Source: Gammaproteobacteria bacterium (GTDB lineage: Bacteria > Pseudomonadota > Gammaproteobacteria > GCA-001735895). From it: 47,276 nt of DNA. Where the stretch lies: positions 1 through 47,276 of the forward strand of contig JAAENK010000343.1 of assembly GCA_024224415.1 (NCBI GenBank), in the 5' to 3' direction. Shown here piece after piece: positions 28,938 to 38,241 of this stretch. Every line of letters starts with the position of its first letter. The stretch's first letter is position 1. The translations under genes were made by a program, and so were the position numbers. Below the pieces are notes generated by a model, which searched no databases, was not told where the DNA came from, and saw only the letters and a program-made list of their open reading frames with translations.

Positions 28938-29441
28938 ATGAAAACCTGGCGCTCCCCAAAAATTGAAGTTAGAAACGACACCCTGGCGGGGCGGGGTGTG
29001 ATTGCCATTAACGACATCGCCAAAGATGAAATCGTTGCCATCAAAGTCGGTCATATTATGAGACATGACGAAGTGAAGCGAGTGAGTGAAATGGTGGGTG
29101 ATTTTGCCCTGCAAATCGATGATGAATTTTATTTATCACCACGTTACAAAGACGAAGTAGACGACATGACCGTATTTATCAATCATTCCTGCGATCCGAA
29201 TGTTGGCTTTCGTGGGCAGGTGGTTTATGTCGCAATGCGTGACATAAGGGCTGGTGAAGAACTTTGCCATGATTATTCGATGGAACGCAGTGACGATTAC
29301 CAGCTAGACTGTCACTGCGGCAGTTCGCTATGCCGTGGAAAAATTACCGGGAATGACTGGCAATTGGCAGAATTGCAGGCGCGTTATGGCGATTACTTTT
29401 CAGTTTATTTGGCTATCAAAATAAAACAGGTTAATCCATGA
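28938..29441 (+). CDS. SET domain protein (putative protein-lysine methyltransferase)
   Basis: GRGVIA, FINHSCDPN, GEELCHDY and a post-SET CHCGSSLCRG motif; 167 aa. It starts 5 nt after the thioesterase stop. Confidence 0.85.
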   Translation: MKTWRSPKIEVRNDTLAGRGVIAINDIAKDEIVAIKVGHIMRHDEVKRVSEMVGDFALQIDDEFYLSPRYKDEVDDMTVFINHSCDPNVGFRGQVVYVAMRDIRAGEELCHDYSMERSDDYQLDCHCGSSLCRGKITGNDWQLAELQARYGDYFSVYLAIKIKQVNP

Positions 29442-29485
29442 AAATTAATCCGTTGACATTACCGCCTTCAAGCCGAAATCTATAC

Positions 29486-29513
29486 TTGACTGCAAATATA
29501 CCTGCCCTAATAT
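29486..29513 (+). promoter_or_regulatory. Candidate sigma70 promoter for the nfeD-SPFH operon
   Basis: TTGACT (29486-29491), 16-nt spacer, TAATAT (29508-29513). An AGGAG Shine-Dalgarno lies at 29531-29535 ahead of the ATG at 29542. Confidence 0.55.
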
Positions 29514-29541
29514 GGCGATAAGAAAATAACAGGAGACGACT

Positions 29542-29988
29542 ATGCCCTGGTGGGGATGGATGATATTTGGCGCGTTTTTACTGGGATCGGAATTACTCGG
29601 TGTCGATGCAGGCTTTTATCTGGTTTTTATCGGTCTTGCGGCAGCGATGACTGGTTTGTTGGAGGTAGCCGGTTTCGAGTTGGAACCGTGGGTTCAGTGG
29701 CTGACCTTTGCCGGATTCAGTTTGGTATTAATGGTTCTTTTTCGTAAGAAGCTTTATGCAAAATTACGTGGTGCTGGTGTGGGTTACGATGTTGGCCCGG
29801 CTGGAGAATTCATTCGCATGGATCAAAGCCTGCAATCAGGTGAAAGCTGTAGGCAATCGTTTCGTGGCACAGACTGGACGGTAACTAATGATGGTGAAAC
29901 TGACAAAGAAAAAGGTAAAAGATTGCCTATCGATCGTGTCGATGGCCTGACCTTAATCGTTAACACAGGAGAAGACAATGATGATTGA
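29542..29988 (+). CDS. NfeD-family membrane protein, short form (YbbJ-like)
   Basis: Three N-terminal TM segments and a C-terminal OB-like segment (FRGTDWTVTNDG...IDRVDGLTLIV). Immediately upstream of, and overlapping, an SPFH gene. Confidence 0.8.
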   Translation: MPWWGWMIFGAFLLGSELLGVDAGFYLVFIGLAAAMTGLLEVAGFELEPWVQWLTFAGFSLVLMVLFRKKLYAKLRGAGVGYDVGPAGEFIRMDQSLQSGESCRQSFRGTDWTVTNDGETDKEKGKRLPIDRVDGLTLIVNTGEDNDD

Positions 29989-30916
29989 TAATTTTGCTTT
30001 TTGGGTGTCGATTGCAGTAGCAATCGTCGTAGTATTAGTCATATTCAAAACGGCTGTCGTTGTACCACAGCAAAGTGCTTTCGTGATAGAAAGTCTGGGT
30101 AAATATAGCCGAACACTTCGTGCCGGATTTCACATTTTGATTCCCTTTATCGAATCATCGGCATACAAGCACAGCCTCAAGGAACTGGCATTCGATATAC
30201 CCGAGCAAATCTGTATCACCAAAGATAATGTGCAGGTCGGTGTAGATGGCGTGTTATATCTGCAGGTGATGAATCCTGAGCGAGCGTCGTACGGCATTAC
30301 CGACTTCGCCTTCGCAATTTCACAACTTGCGCAAACTACGCTACGTAGCGAGATTGGCAAGATCGATCTCGACCGCACCTTCGAAGAACGCGGTTCGATT
30401 AATGCCAATGTTGTTTCCGAACTGGACAAGGCTTCCGATCCCTGGGGCGTCAAGGTGCTGCGCTACGAAATCAAGAATATCAATCCACCACAGGATGTGC
30501 TGAGCGCGATGGAAAAACAAATGCGCGCTGAACGAGAAAAGCGTGCGGTGATATTAACTTCGGAAGGCGAGCGAGATGCCAATATTAATGAAGCTGAGGG
30601 TGAAAAGCAGCGTGTAATAAAGGCATCTGAAGCAGCCAAACAACAGCAAATCAATGAAGCAGAAGGCGAGGCACAGGCCATACTCGCGGTAGCTACTGCG
30701 ACCGCGGAAGGCTTGCGTCAGGTTGCTAGCTCACTGGTTGCTGATGGTGGTGACTCGGCGATGAAGCTGCGTATTGCCGAATCCTATGTGCAACAATTTG
30801 GCAATCTGGCGAAGGAAGGCAATACTCTGGTAGTGCCTGCCAATTTGAGTGATATGACATCTATGATCGCCCTGGCGAGTAATATCATCGGTAAAAAACC
30901 CGGGGCAGAGGGTTAA
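29978..30916 (+). CDS. SPFH/band-7 (stomatin/QmcA-like) protein
   Basis: N-terminal TM segment, an SPFH core (QICITKDNVQVGVDGVLYLQV...LRSEIGK), and a coiled-coil with EAEGE repeats. Confidence 0.9.
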   Translation: MMIDNFAFWVSIAVAIVVVLVIFKTAVVVPQQSAFVIESLGKYSRTLRAGFHILIPFIESSAYKHSLKELAFDIPEQICITKDNVQVGVDGVLYLQVMNPERASYGITDFAFAISQLAQTTLRSEIGKIDLDRTFEERGSINANVVSELDKASDPWGVKVLRYEIKNINPPQDVLSAMEKQMRAEREKRAVILTSEGERDANINEAEGEKQRVIKASEAAKQQQINEAEGEAQAILAVATATAEGLRQVASSLVADGGDSAMKLRIAESYVQQFGNLAKEGNTLVVPANLSDMTSMIALASNIIGKKPGAEG

Positions 30917-32937
30917 TGGAGCAAATTAAACTGCTGAATCCACTTATTCGAACGCCTGAGCATTCTTTCCCTAAAGCTATTGCTGTGATTGGTGCCGGAA
31001 CTATCGGCCCTGATATTGGTTATTATCTGGTCAGTAGTATTCCCGAATTGTCGTTAACACTGGTGGACGTATCGCAGGAATCTCTGGGTCGTGCCGAAAA
31101 GCGTATACAGGCATATGTCAAAAAGGGTCTGGATCGTGGCAAACTGACACCGGCTCAGGCTGATTGGGTCAGCAACAATATTACTTACACGGTGGATTAC
31201 GAGGCAATTGTAAACTGTGAATGGGTATTAGAAGCGGTTACCGAAAATGTAGAACTAAAGCGTAAGATTTTTAGTCAGATCGAATCCATTGTCTCCCCAG
31301 AAACAATCATCACATCTAATACCAGCTCATTGCCTGCATCGCTGATATTCTCTGATTTGGAGCATAAGCAGCGGGCCGCAATAACCCATTTTTTTGCGCC
31401 GGCATTTAGTAATCCTGCTGTAGAAGTGGTAGGGGGCACAACTACAGATGCTGCCGTGCTGGAGCGTTTGCACTGGATTTTCTGTGCTACCGGTAAGATT
31501 CCTATGTCAACGGATGATGTGCTGTGTTTTATGCTAGACAGAGTTTTCGATAATTGGTGCAACGAGGCTGGCTATTTGCTTGATGAAAATGTGAGTGCCA
31601 TGGAAGTGGACTCTGTAGCTACTGAATTCGTACACGCGGGACCATTTTGTGTTTTGAATATTGCCAACGGTAATCCCATTATTATCGAGACCAATAGTTT
31701 CCAGGCGCAGGAAGAAGGTGAGCATTATCGGCCAGCATCAATTTTTAGTTCGGTGGACAAATGGAAAACTCTGGAGCCGGGCCAAAGCATTCCTGTTGAT
31801 GCTGAGCCAGCAGCTAATATTCGTGACCGTTTATTGGGAGTCCTGTTTTCGCAATCTGTCGATATCATTGATCGTGGTATAGCATCGAGTATTGATCTTG
31901 AGCTTGGTTGCCGTATTGCGTTGGGATTCAAACAGGGGCCTTTTGCGTTAATGCAGGATGTGGGTGTTGATGAAGTCAATCGCATATTATCAAAGTTTTT
32001 GAAAGACAGGCCAGGCATGCCAATGCCTGCAAAACCGATAGGAGATTACCTCGACTTTTATCGACATATACTGGTTGATGATATGGCTGGCGTTAAAGTT
32101 ATCAGTATCAGAAGACCGGACGCTCTTAATGCCCTGCACGATGAAATGACCGATGAAATTCTTGCGGTAATTAAACAATATGAAGATGATCCAGCCGTCA
32201 AAGGTTTCGTGCTAACCGGCTACGGCATGCGAGCATTTTGTGCCGGGGCAGATATTGGGCGATTCCCAACCATGCTTGGCCAGCCCCAAGCAGCAGCACA
32301 GTATGCCAGGGACTGCTCAAACCTGTTGCGTTATCTTGATGGCATGTCGAAGCCCGTTGTTGCAGCACTGAATGGTATGGCACTAGGTGGTGGATTCGAG
32401 TTGGCTATGCGTTGTCACGATATAGTGGCGATGAAGGATGCCTGGTTACAATTACCGGAAATTACTTTGGGCATAGTGCCTGGTATCGGTGCCATGGTGG
32501 TGCCGTATCGCAGGTGGCCACACGCAGCGTTGGTATTGCATGACATGCTGCGCAAGGCCACAAAGCTTAAATCGGCTGAGGCTTTTGAATTGGGTATTTT
32601 TACGACGGTATCCGATAGTTATGAAGAGATGATTGCGGCGGCTATTGAACGGGTTAATCAGCTAAGTAGTGGGTTCACTAAAACGAGCGATGAACCGGTT
32701 GATATTGCTGCAATGCCACCGATTGATCCAGTTGCTGCAAGTGGACAGACTCTTAGCGCCGAAGTTATTGGTATTCTGGAAGAAACTGTCGCCTCTGCTG
32801 CTGTTGCTTCTTCTCTGAGTGATGCTTTGGAAACGGGTTATCAGGCCTTTGGTAAAAGTGCCTGCACAGCAGCTGCAAAAGAAGGCATCAGTGCATTTCA
32901 GGAGCGTCGTCGCGCGGACTTTTCTGCAACTGGCTAG
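30916..32937 (+). CDS. Bifunctional 3-hydroxyacyl-CoA dehydrogenase (N-terminal) / enoyl-CoA hydratase (C-terminal)
   Basis: NAD-binding motif AVIGAGTIGPDIGYYL at the N-terminus. Crotonase motif ALNGMALGGGFELAMRCHDIV in the C-terminal third. Its start shares TAATG with the SPFH stop. Confidence 0.85.
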   Translation: MEQIKLLNPLIRTPEHSFPKAIAVIGAGTIGPDIGYYLVSSIPELSLTLVDVSQESLGRAEKRIQAYVKKGLDRGKLTPAQADWVSNNITYTVDYEAIVNCEWVLEAVTENVELKRKIFSQIESIVSPETIITSNTSSLPASLIFSDLEHKQRAAITHFFAPAFSNPAVEVVGGTTTDAAVLERLHWIFCATGKIPMSTDDVLCFMLDRVFDNWCNEAGYLLDENVSAMEVDSVATEFVHAGPFCVLNIANGNPIIIETNSFQAQEEGEHYRPASIFSSVDKWKTLEPGQSIPVDAEPAANIRDRLLGVLFSQSVDIIDRGIASSIDLELGCRIALGFKQGPFALMQDVGVDEVNRILSKFLKDRPGMPMPAKPIGDYLDFYRHILVDDMAGVKVISIRRPDALNALHDEMTDEILAVIKQYEDDPAVKGFVLTGYGMRAFCAGADIGRFPTMLGQPQAAAQYARDCSNLLRYLDGMSKPVVAALNGMALGGGFELAMRCHDIVAMKDAWLQLPEITLGIVPGIGAMVVPYRRWPHAALVLHDMLRKATKLKSAEAFELGIFTTVSDSYEEMIAAAIERVNQLSSGFTKTSDEPVDIAAMPPIDPVAASGQTLSAEVIGILEETVASAAVASSLSDALETGYQAFGKSACTAAAKEGISAFQERRRADFSATG

Positions 32938-32939
32938 AT

Positions 32940-33707
32940 GTGTTGATAGACGATGTGGAAAAAGCCGAGCTAACTCATTTGTTTGAGAGGATGCGCGGCG
33001 GTACCACATCGGCATTGTCACGCTGTCTAAGTATTGCCGAGAAGAACCTAACAGGCGCAAAATACCTTGGCAGCCTTGCCCGGAATGTACCTGGCAATGC
33101 GATTACCATCGGATTAACCGGTGCTCCCGGGGTCGGCAAATCTACGCTCACGGCGGCCCTGATCGAAGAATGGCGAAAACGCGAATTATCGGTTGGGGTG
33201 ATAGCCATAGATCCGAGTAGCCCGGTTTATGGTGGGGCTGTGCTTGGAGACCGCATTCGCATGGCGACCCATGATCTGGATGATGGAGTGTTTGTGCGCT
33301 CTCTCGCTTCACGCAGGCAACTAGGTGGATTAGCGCCTGCAGCAACACGGATAGCCGAGATGTTCAATGCATCAGGTCGTGATGTGATACTTGTGGAAAC
33401 AGTTGGTGTCGGTCAATCCGAGGTTGATGTAACACAAATGGTTAAGACCACGGTTGTCATTTGTGCGCCCGGGATGGGGGATGCTGTGCAGACACTTAAG
33501 GGTGGCATTCTTGAAGTTGCAGATATTCTGGTGGTGAATAAGGCAGATCTGCCCCTGGCATCGCAGGCACAAAATCAATTGCTGGCCATGATAGCTATGC
33601 GGTCATCAAGTGACTGGAAGGTGCCGGTACTTTTGACACAGGCTGATAATGGCGCAGGCATGGAGCAATTGGTTGATGCCTGTATACAGCACCAGAGTCA
33701 GTTATAG
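32940..33707 (+). CDS. MeaB/ArgK-like G3E-family GTPase lacking the usual C-terminal extension
   Basis: P-loop GLTGAPGVGKST, IDPSSPVYGGAVLGDRIRM, VETVGVGQSE and VVNKADL. Only 255 aa. A GTG start lies 3 nt after the upstream stop. Confidence 0.75.
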   Translation: MLIDDVEKAELTHLFERMRGGTTSALSRCLSIAEKNLTGAKYLGSLARNVPGNAITIGLTGAPGVGKSTLTAALIEEWRKRELSVGVIAIDPSSPVYGGAVLGDRIRMATHDLDDGVFVRSLASRRQLGGLAPAATRIAEMFNASGRDVILVETVGVGQSEVDVTQMVKTTVVICAPGMGDAVQTLKGGILEVADILVVNKADLPLASQAQNQLLAMIAMRSSSDWKVPVLLTQADNGAGMEQLVDACIQHQSQL

Positions 33708-34264
33708 CTTCTGCCCAGCTCGCATGCCGCAATAGCAGGCGCCTGACCACCTTTTCTGGCTATTAATTCAATTGCCTGGCTAAGATAGTTGTAGCCGACT
33801 GGAAACCCCTGTAATGATGAGGCTATACCCAATACAAAATAAAGCTGATATCTGGGGTCGATAGTTGTGTCGTCACGTACATAAACCACTTCTTCGATAC
33901 AGTCTTTCAACCTTGAAACAAATGTTTCCATATCCGGATATTGACTGATACCAGCATTGACCGCGTAAGGCATGATCTCGGTGTTGTTGATAACTACCCG
34001 ACTGCCTGAATTTAAGTAGGAGGCACACCTTTGGGCTTCTAGCCTTTCCAGTCCAATCATAAAATCAGCTTCTCCCGCGTCGACCTGACCATGACCAGGC
34101 TCGCCAAAAGTGATGCCGGCATTCACCATGCCTCCACGTTGGGATAAGCCATGAATTTCACCGGTAGCGACTTTGATATCTGCTAATACTGCTGCATGCA
34201 TGAGCAGTCTTACCAGATAGGTAACACCCTGCCCGCCGACACCTGAGATGATAAGTTTCTTCAT
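33698..34264 (-). CDS. iorB: Indolepyruvate/2-oxoacid:ferredoxin oxidoreductase beta (gamma-domain) subunit
   Basis: ISGVGGQGV...IHGLSQRGG is the pattern of the POR gamma/IorB domain. Its ATG overlaps the iorA stop (ATGA). Confidence 0.8.
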   Translation of the reverse strand: MKKLIISGVGGQGVTYLVRLLMHAAVLADIKVATGEIHGLSQRGGMVNAGITFGEPGHGQVDAGEADFMIGLERLEAQRCASYLNSGSRVVINNTEIMPYAVNAGISQYPDMETFVSRLKDCIEEVVYVRDDTTIDPRYQLYFVLGIASSLQGFPVGYNYLSQAIELIARKGGQAPAIAACELGRSYN

Positions 34265-37200
34265 ACCATTTCACCGGTAATTGCGGTTTCTGTTTGCCAC
34301 TGAATGGCATTATTGGGACAGACATCAATGCATAAACCACAGCGGATGCAGCTGGATTGCTCGATGGTGATTTTGCCATTTTTTCTTACCAGTGAGGGGC
34401 AGGCAAAGTTGTCGATGCAGTGATTACAGCGCTCGCAGGTCTGGTGTAGATCGTATTGGTAGATATCTTCGAGCGAGGTGATGTTGCTTTCTGCTTCAAG
34501 CGCAGTTTCGCTGTTAAGGCTTTGCATCGCCCTGTCGCCCTCGTAGGGGTATTCATAACCTTCGAGTAACTGTCGAACACTTACGGCGGCCTTCTTTCCG
34601 CTGGCAATAGCGCCGATCAAACTCATATGATGATTCGAGTTGATATCACCTGCCGCAAAAATATTGTCAGCCGAAGGTATCAGGCTTTGAGCATTTGTTT
34701 CGATGCGATGCAGTTGGTCAAGGGTATCAATACCCGATGTTCGTAATAGCTCAGCATCACCGTGCTGACCTATTGCAGAAATAATGAAATTGCATTGAAG
34801 TGATGGCAGATCTTTTTTGCTATCGTAAGCTTTCATCCGTAGTGTCAATTCATCATCACTATTGCATTGCAGGTCGCTGATAAAGCTATTGTGATGTATC
34901 AATACGCCCTCTCTAAGAGCTTCTTCGATTTCGTCCTGAAAAGCTGGCATGGTATGTCTATCTTCGATGCAGGAGAGGATAACCCGGTTTTCGGGGGACA
35001 GTTTCATTGCGGCACGAGCGGCGTCGATGGCGCTATTGCCGCCACCTATCACAACAAAGGAAGAGTCATTTTTAAGCATCAGTTTGCTTTCGTTAAACAG
35101 CTTTAAAAAGTCCATAGCGTTGTAACGATTTTGAGCTGGCACAGTGTTTTCGACGATAGCCAGAGTTGAGGAAATACTGACGCCTATCGCCAGGACGACA
35201 GCGTCATATTCTCTGGATAAAGCCTGTAGATTTATCTGTTCACCGAGAGCGGCGCCGTAGTTGAAACTAACACCCAGTTTTTTCAGTATGTGGATTTCAG
35301 ACTGCAAACCTTGCTTATCCATGCGAAAATCAGGTATCTGGTGAAACAAGACACCTCCAGGCGATTGCTCTTTTTCAAAAACAAAAACCGCATAGCCGCT
35401 CAATGCCAGATCGTAAGCGGTGCTGAGTCCGGCTGGGCCTGCGCCAATGATAGCGACACGGTGGCCAGGTGTCTGGGGTCGAACTCGCTGCAGAGCTGCC
35501 TCGTGATCGGCAAAGTTGGCCGCATCGCCAGCAACAAAATGTTTGAGTAATTTTATGGGGACGCTGGGATGACTACCTCTTTCGCAAGGTCGGTGACAAA
35601 TATCCCCACAGGTACGCGCGAATAACATTTTGTCGCGCACGATTTCGAGAGCAGTCTGGTAGTCTTTTGCCAGGATGGCGTTAAAGAAACCATGGTTGCA
35701 AATATTGGCAGGACAGGCCTGTTGTTCTCCGGCAATATGTTGCTTCGCTGTAATTTTTGCCCTGGCTCGTGCCAGACCATATTCCGGGGTTGTCTCGTGT
35801 GAACAATACTGGGCACGATCACTATGATTCGCGCAGGTCTTACATTTATTGTGATCAACATATACTGGTGTCGTAGAAATTTGTCTGTCGTACTCCAGCA
35901 TCACACAAGGACTTACCGATATTAAAACTGAAACACCGCGGTGGTTAATCGAAGCTTTTATCTTCTGATAGGTGTCCTCCACCTTGAATGGATCCATGCT
36001 CTCAACAAAATCAACCCCCATGCCACGTACCAGTTTTTCGATATCTACACGTTGGAATTCGCCTATATTGGTAAGAGGTGCTCCGGGATTGATTTGACCG
36101 CCGGTCATTGCAATAGTGCGATTATCAAAAATGATAATGCTGATATCTGCATTGGTATATATTGCGTTCAAAAGTGATGTCATGCCGGAGTGGAAAAATG
36201 TTCCATCACCAATCAGGGCGATTGTTTTACCAGCCCTGCCGTTTTTGTTTTGACCAATTGCCAGATCCAGACCCTGAGCCATGGAAATACTCATGCCCAT
36301 GTGGTTGACGGTATCCATCATTCCCATTGGCGGCAAAGCACCCAGACCCAGGCAGCCGATATCGCCGCATAAAATTGTTTCGTCATCGTTTCTCGGTAGT
36401 ACCAGCTTCATCGCGTAAAAAGTTGCACGATGGGGGCAGCCCACGCATAATGTCGGAGGTCGTACAGGTAGTTTGTCGGTAAAATCGGCAAGCATGGCCA
36501 GAGGCTGTTTGTGGGATAGTGGTCTTTGTAAAAATTGCTCAAGTGCCCTGGTTGTGAGGCTTAGTGAATACTCTCCCACTGTTGTCAAACCGGAGAAATT
36601 CTTCCCTACAATATCCACGTCGATATGATTTTTCTGTGCCACGATACGGATACCATTTTCCAGAATCGGATCCAGCTCCTCGAGTACCAATATTCGGCGA
36701 TATCCTTTTTGTAAAAAATTCAGTACATCAAGTTCGGGAAAAGGGTTGATCATGCCAATTTTCAGCCATGCCAGTTCCCCGGCTAGCTCATGAATCTCAT
36801 GGAGTTCGAGAAAGTAGCTTGTCGCCATACCAGAGGTTATAACTGCTAGCTCTTTACTGTCAGACTTGGATAACTGTTTTGTATTCAGATTTGAGAAATA
36901 AGGCTGTATCCGCTCGCCCTGTAGCTTCTCCAGCAAGCGTTCGTGGGCAATCGCTGTTCTGGCTGGGACATTGATATTGACTGGATCTCGATTGAAACAG
37001 CCCATACGTTGATCAGGCTTTATCGAATTGTAGTGAAACGTTTCCCGACCATGTGAAACCCGCGTAGTCAGACGCACAATGACAGGTAACTTCAGGTCTT
37101 CTGAAATAATGAATGCTTCGCGCGTCATGCGATAGGCTTCTCCCGGTGATGCAGGGTCAAGCAGGGGGATCGAAGCACTGATAGCAAAATGACGGGAATC

Positions 37201-37644
37201 TTGCTCATTTGAGCTGGAATGGCAACCTGGATCATCACAGACGATCACGACCAATGGGGCATTAATGACCTGATATGGAATAGTCATCAATGGATCGGCG
37301 GCAACATTCAGACCTACATTTTTCATGCAGGCCATCGAGCTTTTATTGCCGATTGAGCAGGCGATGGCCTTTTCCAGAGCAATTTTTTCATTAACACTGT
37401 ATTCAAAATAAATGTGGTTATTAGCTATCTGAGGATATTCAGCCGCCCAGTTATCTGCCGCCTGAAACTCCCTGATGCTTGAAAAAATCATGGAGATTTC
37501 TGTCGAAGGTGTGCCTGGGTATGCGAACACGCCGGCTACTCCAGACTCAATGGCGGCTCTTGCGACACCTTCGTTGCCCATGACACAGACACTTTCGGGG
37601 GCGTCGAAGGGGGTCAAAATCTCTGCGACTCTATTCTTTAACAT
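34261..37644 (-). CDS. iorA: Indolepyruvate ferredoxin oxidoreductase alpha subunit fused to a GltD-like NAD(P)H-dependent FAD/Fe-S oxidoreductase module
   Basis: 1127 aa. Residues 1-598 are IorA-like (GNEGVARAAIESG, TPP motif IGDGTFFHSG...FDNRTIAMTGGQ). Residues 600-690 are a Cys-rich helical Fe-S domain (CGDICHRPCE). Residues 728-1025 hold two Rossmann motifs (VAIIGAGPAGL and VVIGGGNSAIDAA). Residues 1069-1115 hold two ferredoxin-type Cys clusters (CIRCGLCIDVCP). Confidence 0.8.
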   Translation of the reverse strand: MLKNRVAEILTPFDAPESVCVMGNEGVARAAIESGVAGVFAYPGTPSTEISMIFSSIREFQAADNWAAEYPQIANNHIYFEYSVNEKIALEKAIACSIGNKSSMACMKNVGLNVAADPLMTIPYQVINAPLVVIVCDDPGCHSSSNEQDSRHFAISASIPLLDPASPGEAYRMTREAFIISEDLKLPVIVRLTTRVSHGRETFHYNSIKPDQRMGCFNRDPVNINVPARTAIAHERLLEKLQGERIQPYFSNLNTKQLSKSDSKELAVITSGMATSYFLELHEIHELAGELAWLKIGMINPFPELDVLNFLQKGYRRILVLEELDPILENGIRIVAQKNHIDVDIVGKNFSGLTTVGEYSLSLTTRALEQFLQRPLSHKQPLAMLADFTDKLPVRPPTLCVGCPHRATFYAMKLVLPRNDDETILCGDIGCLGLGALPPMGMMDTVNHMGMSISMAQGLDLAIGQNKNGRAGKTIALIGDGTFFHSGMTSLLNAIYTNADISIIIFDNRTIAMTGGQINPGAPLTNIGEFQRVDIEKLVRGMGVDFVESMDPFKVEDTYQKIKASINHRGVSVLISVSPCVMLEYDRQISTTPVYVDHNKCKTCANHSDRAQYCSHETTPEYGLARARAKITAKQHIAGEQQACPANICNHGFFNAILAKDYQTALEIVRDKMLFARTCGDICHRPCERGSHPSVPIKLLKHFVAGDAANFADHEAALQRVRPQTPGHRVAIIGAGPAGLSTAYDLALSGYAVFVFEKEQSPGGVLFHQIPDFRMDKQGLQSEIHILKKLGVSFNYGAALGEQINLQALSREYDAVVLAIGVSISSTLAIVENTVPAQNRYNAMDFLKLFNESKLMLKNDSSFVVIGGGNSAIDAARAAMKLSPENRVILSCIEDRHTMPAFQDEIEEALREGVLIHHNSFISDLQCNSDDELTLRMKAYDSKKDLPSLQCNFIISAIGQHGDAELLRTSGIDTLDQLHRIETNAQSLIPSADNIFAAGDINSNHHMSLIGAIASGKKAAVSVRQLLEGYEYPYEGDRAMQSLNSETALEAESNITSLEDIYQYDLHQTCERCNHCIDNFACPSLVRKNGKITIEQSSCIRCGLCIDVCPNNAIQWQTETAITGEMV

Positions 37645-37759
37645 TTATGCTGCTCGTGATAGGCAGGAGAATTTATAACTAATTACCAGAGAAATATCTT
37701 TGCCATTTCTTCTGTATTCTGTTTTTATATAGAAATAAATTTTAACAGCAGGTATTTCA

Positions 37760-38221
37760 GTGAAAATATCAACCACAGAGTATGAATTAGACGCGTATGA
37801 TCATAAGATATTGATTGAAATGCGTCGAAATGGACGTATTGCGATTGCCGACCTGGCGGAGAAGATTGGTTTATCGACTACTCCGTGCTGGCGTCGGGTT
37901 CGTCGTCTTCAGGAATCTGGTGTTATCGAGCGCTATACCGCCGTTATTGATCCTGCAGTTTTCAACCAGAATCTGGACGTCTTTATTGAAGTTTCACTGG
38001 ATTTACACCAGGCAAAAGCTTTCGAAGAAGTTGTTCAGGAGCGAGATGAAATTGTCGAATGCTATGCAATCACTGGAGGGCATGACTACATACTACATAT
38101 CATGGTTGCCAGTATAAGTGCTTACGATGAGTTTCTACGTGAAGAGTTCATCCATTTCCCTGGTGTGCAGCAGGTCAAAAGCCACCTTGCGCTTAATCCA
38201 GTCAAGAAAGCGTTGGTTTGA
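37760..38221 (+). CDS. Lrp/AsnC family transcriptional regulator
   Basis: LDAYDHKILIEMRRNGRIAIADLAEKIGLSTTPCWRRVRRLQESGVI plus an AsnC-type ligand domain. GTG start; divergent from iorA. Confidence 0.9.
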   Translation: MKISTTEYELDAYDHKILIEMRRNGRIAIADLAEKIGLSTTPCWRRVRRLQESGVIERYTAVIDPAVFNQNLDVFIEVSLDLHQAKAFEEVVQERDEIVECYAITGGHDYILHIMVASISAYDEFLREEFIHFPGVQQVKSHLALNPVKKALV

Positions 38222-38241
38222 TTTTTGAAGGCAGGCTTTGA

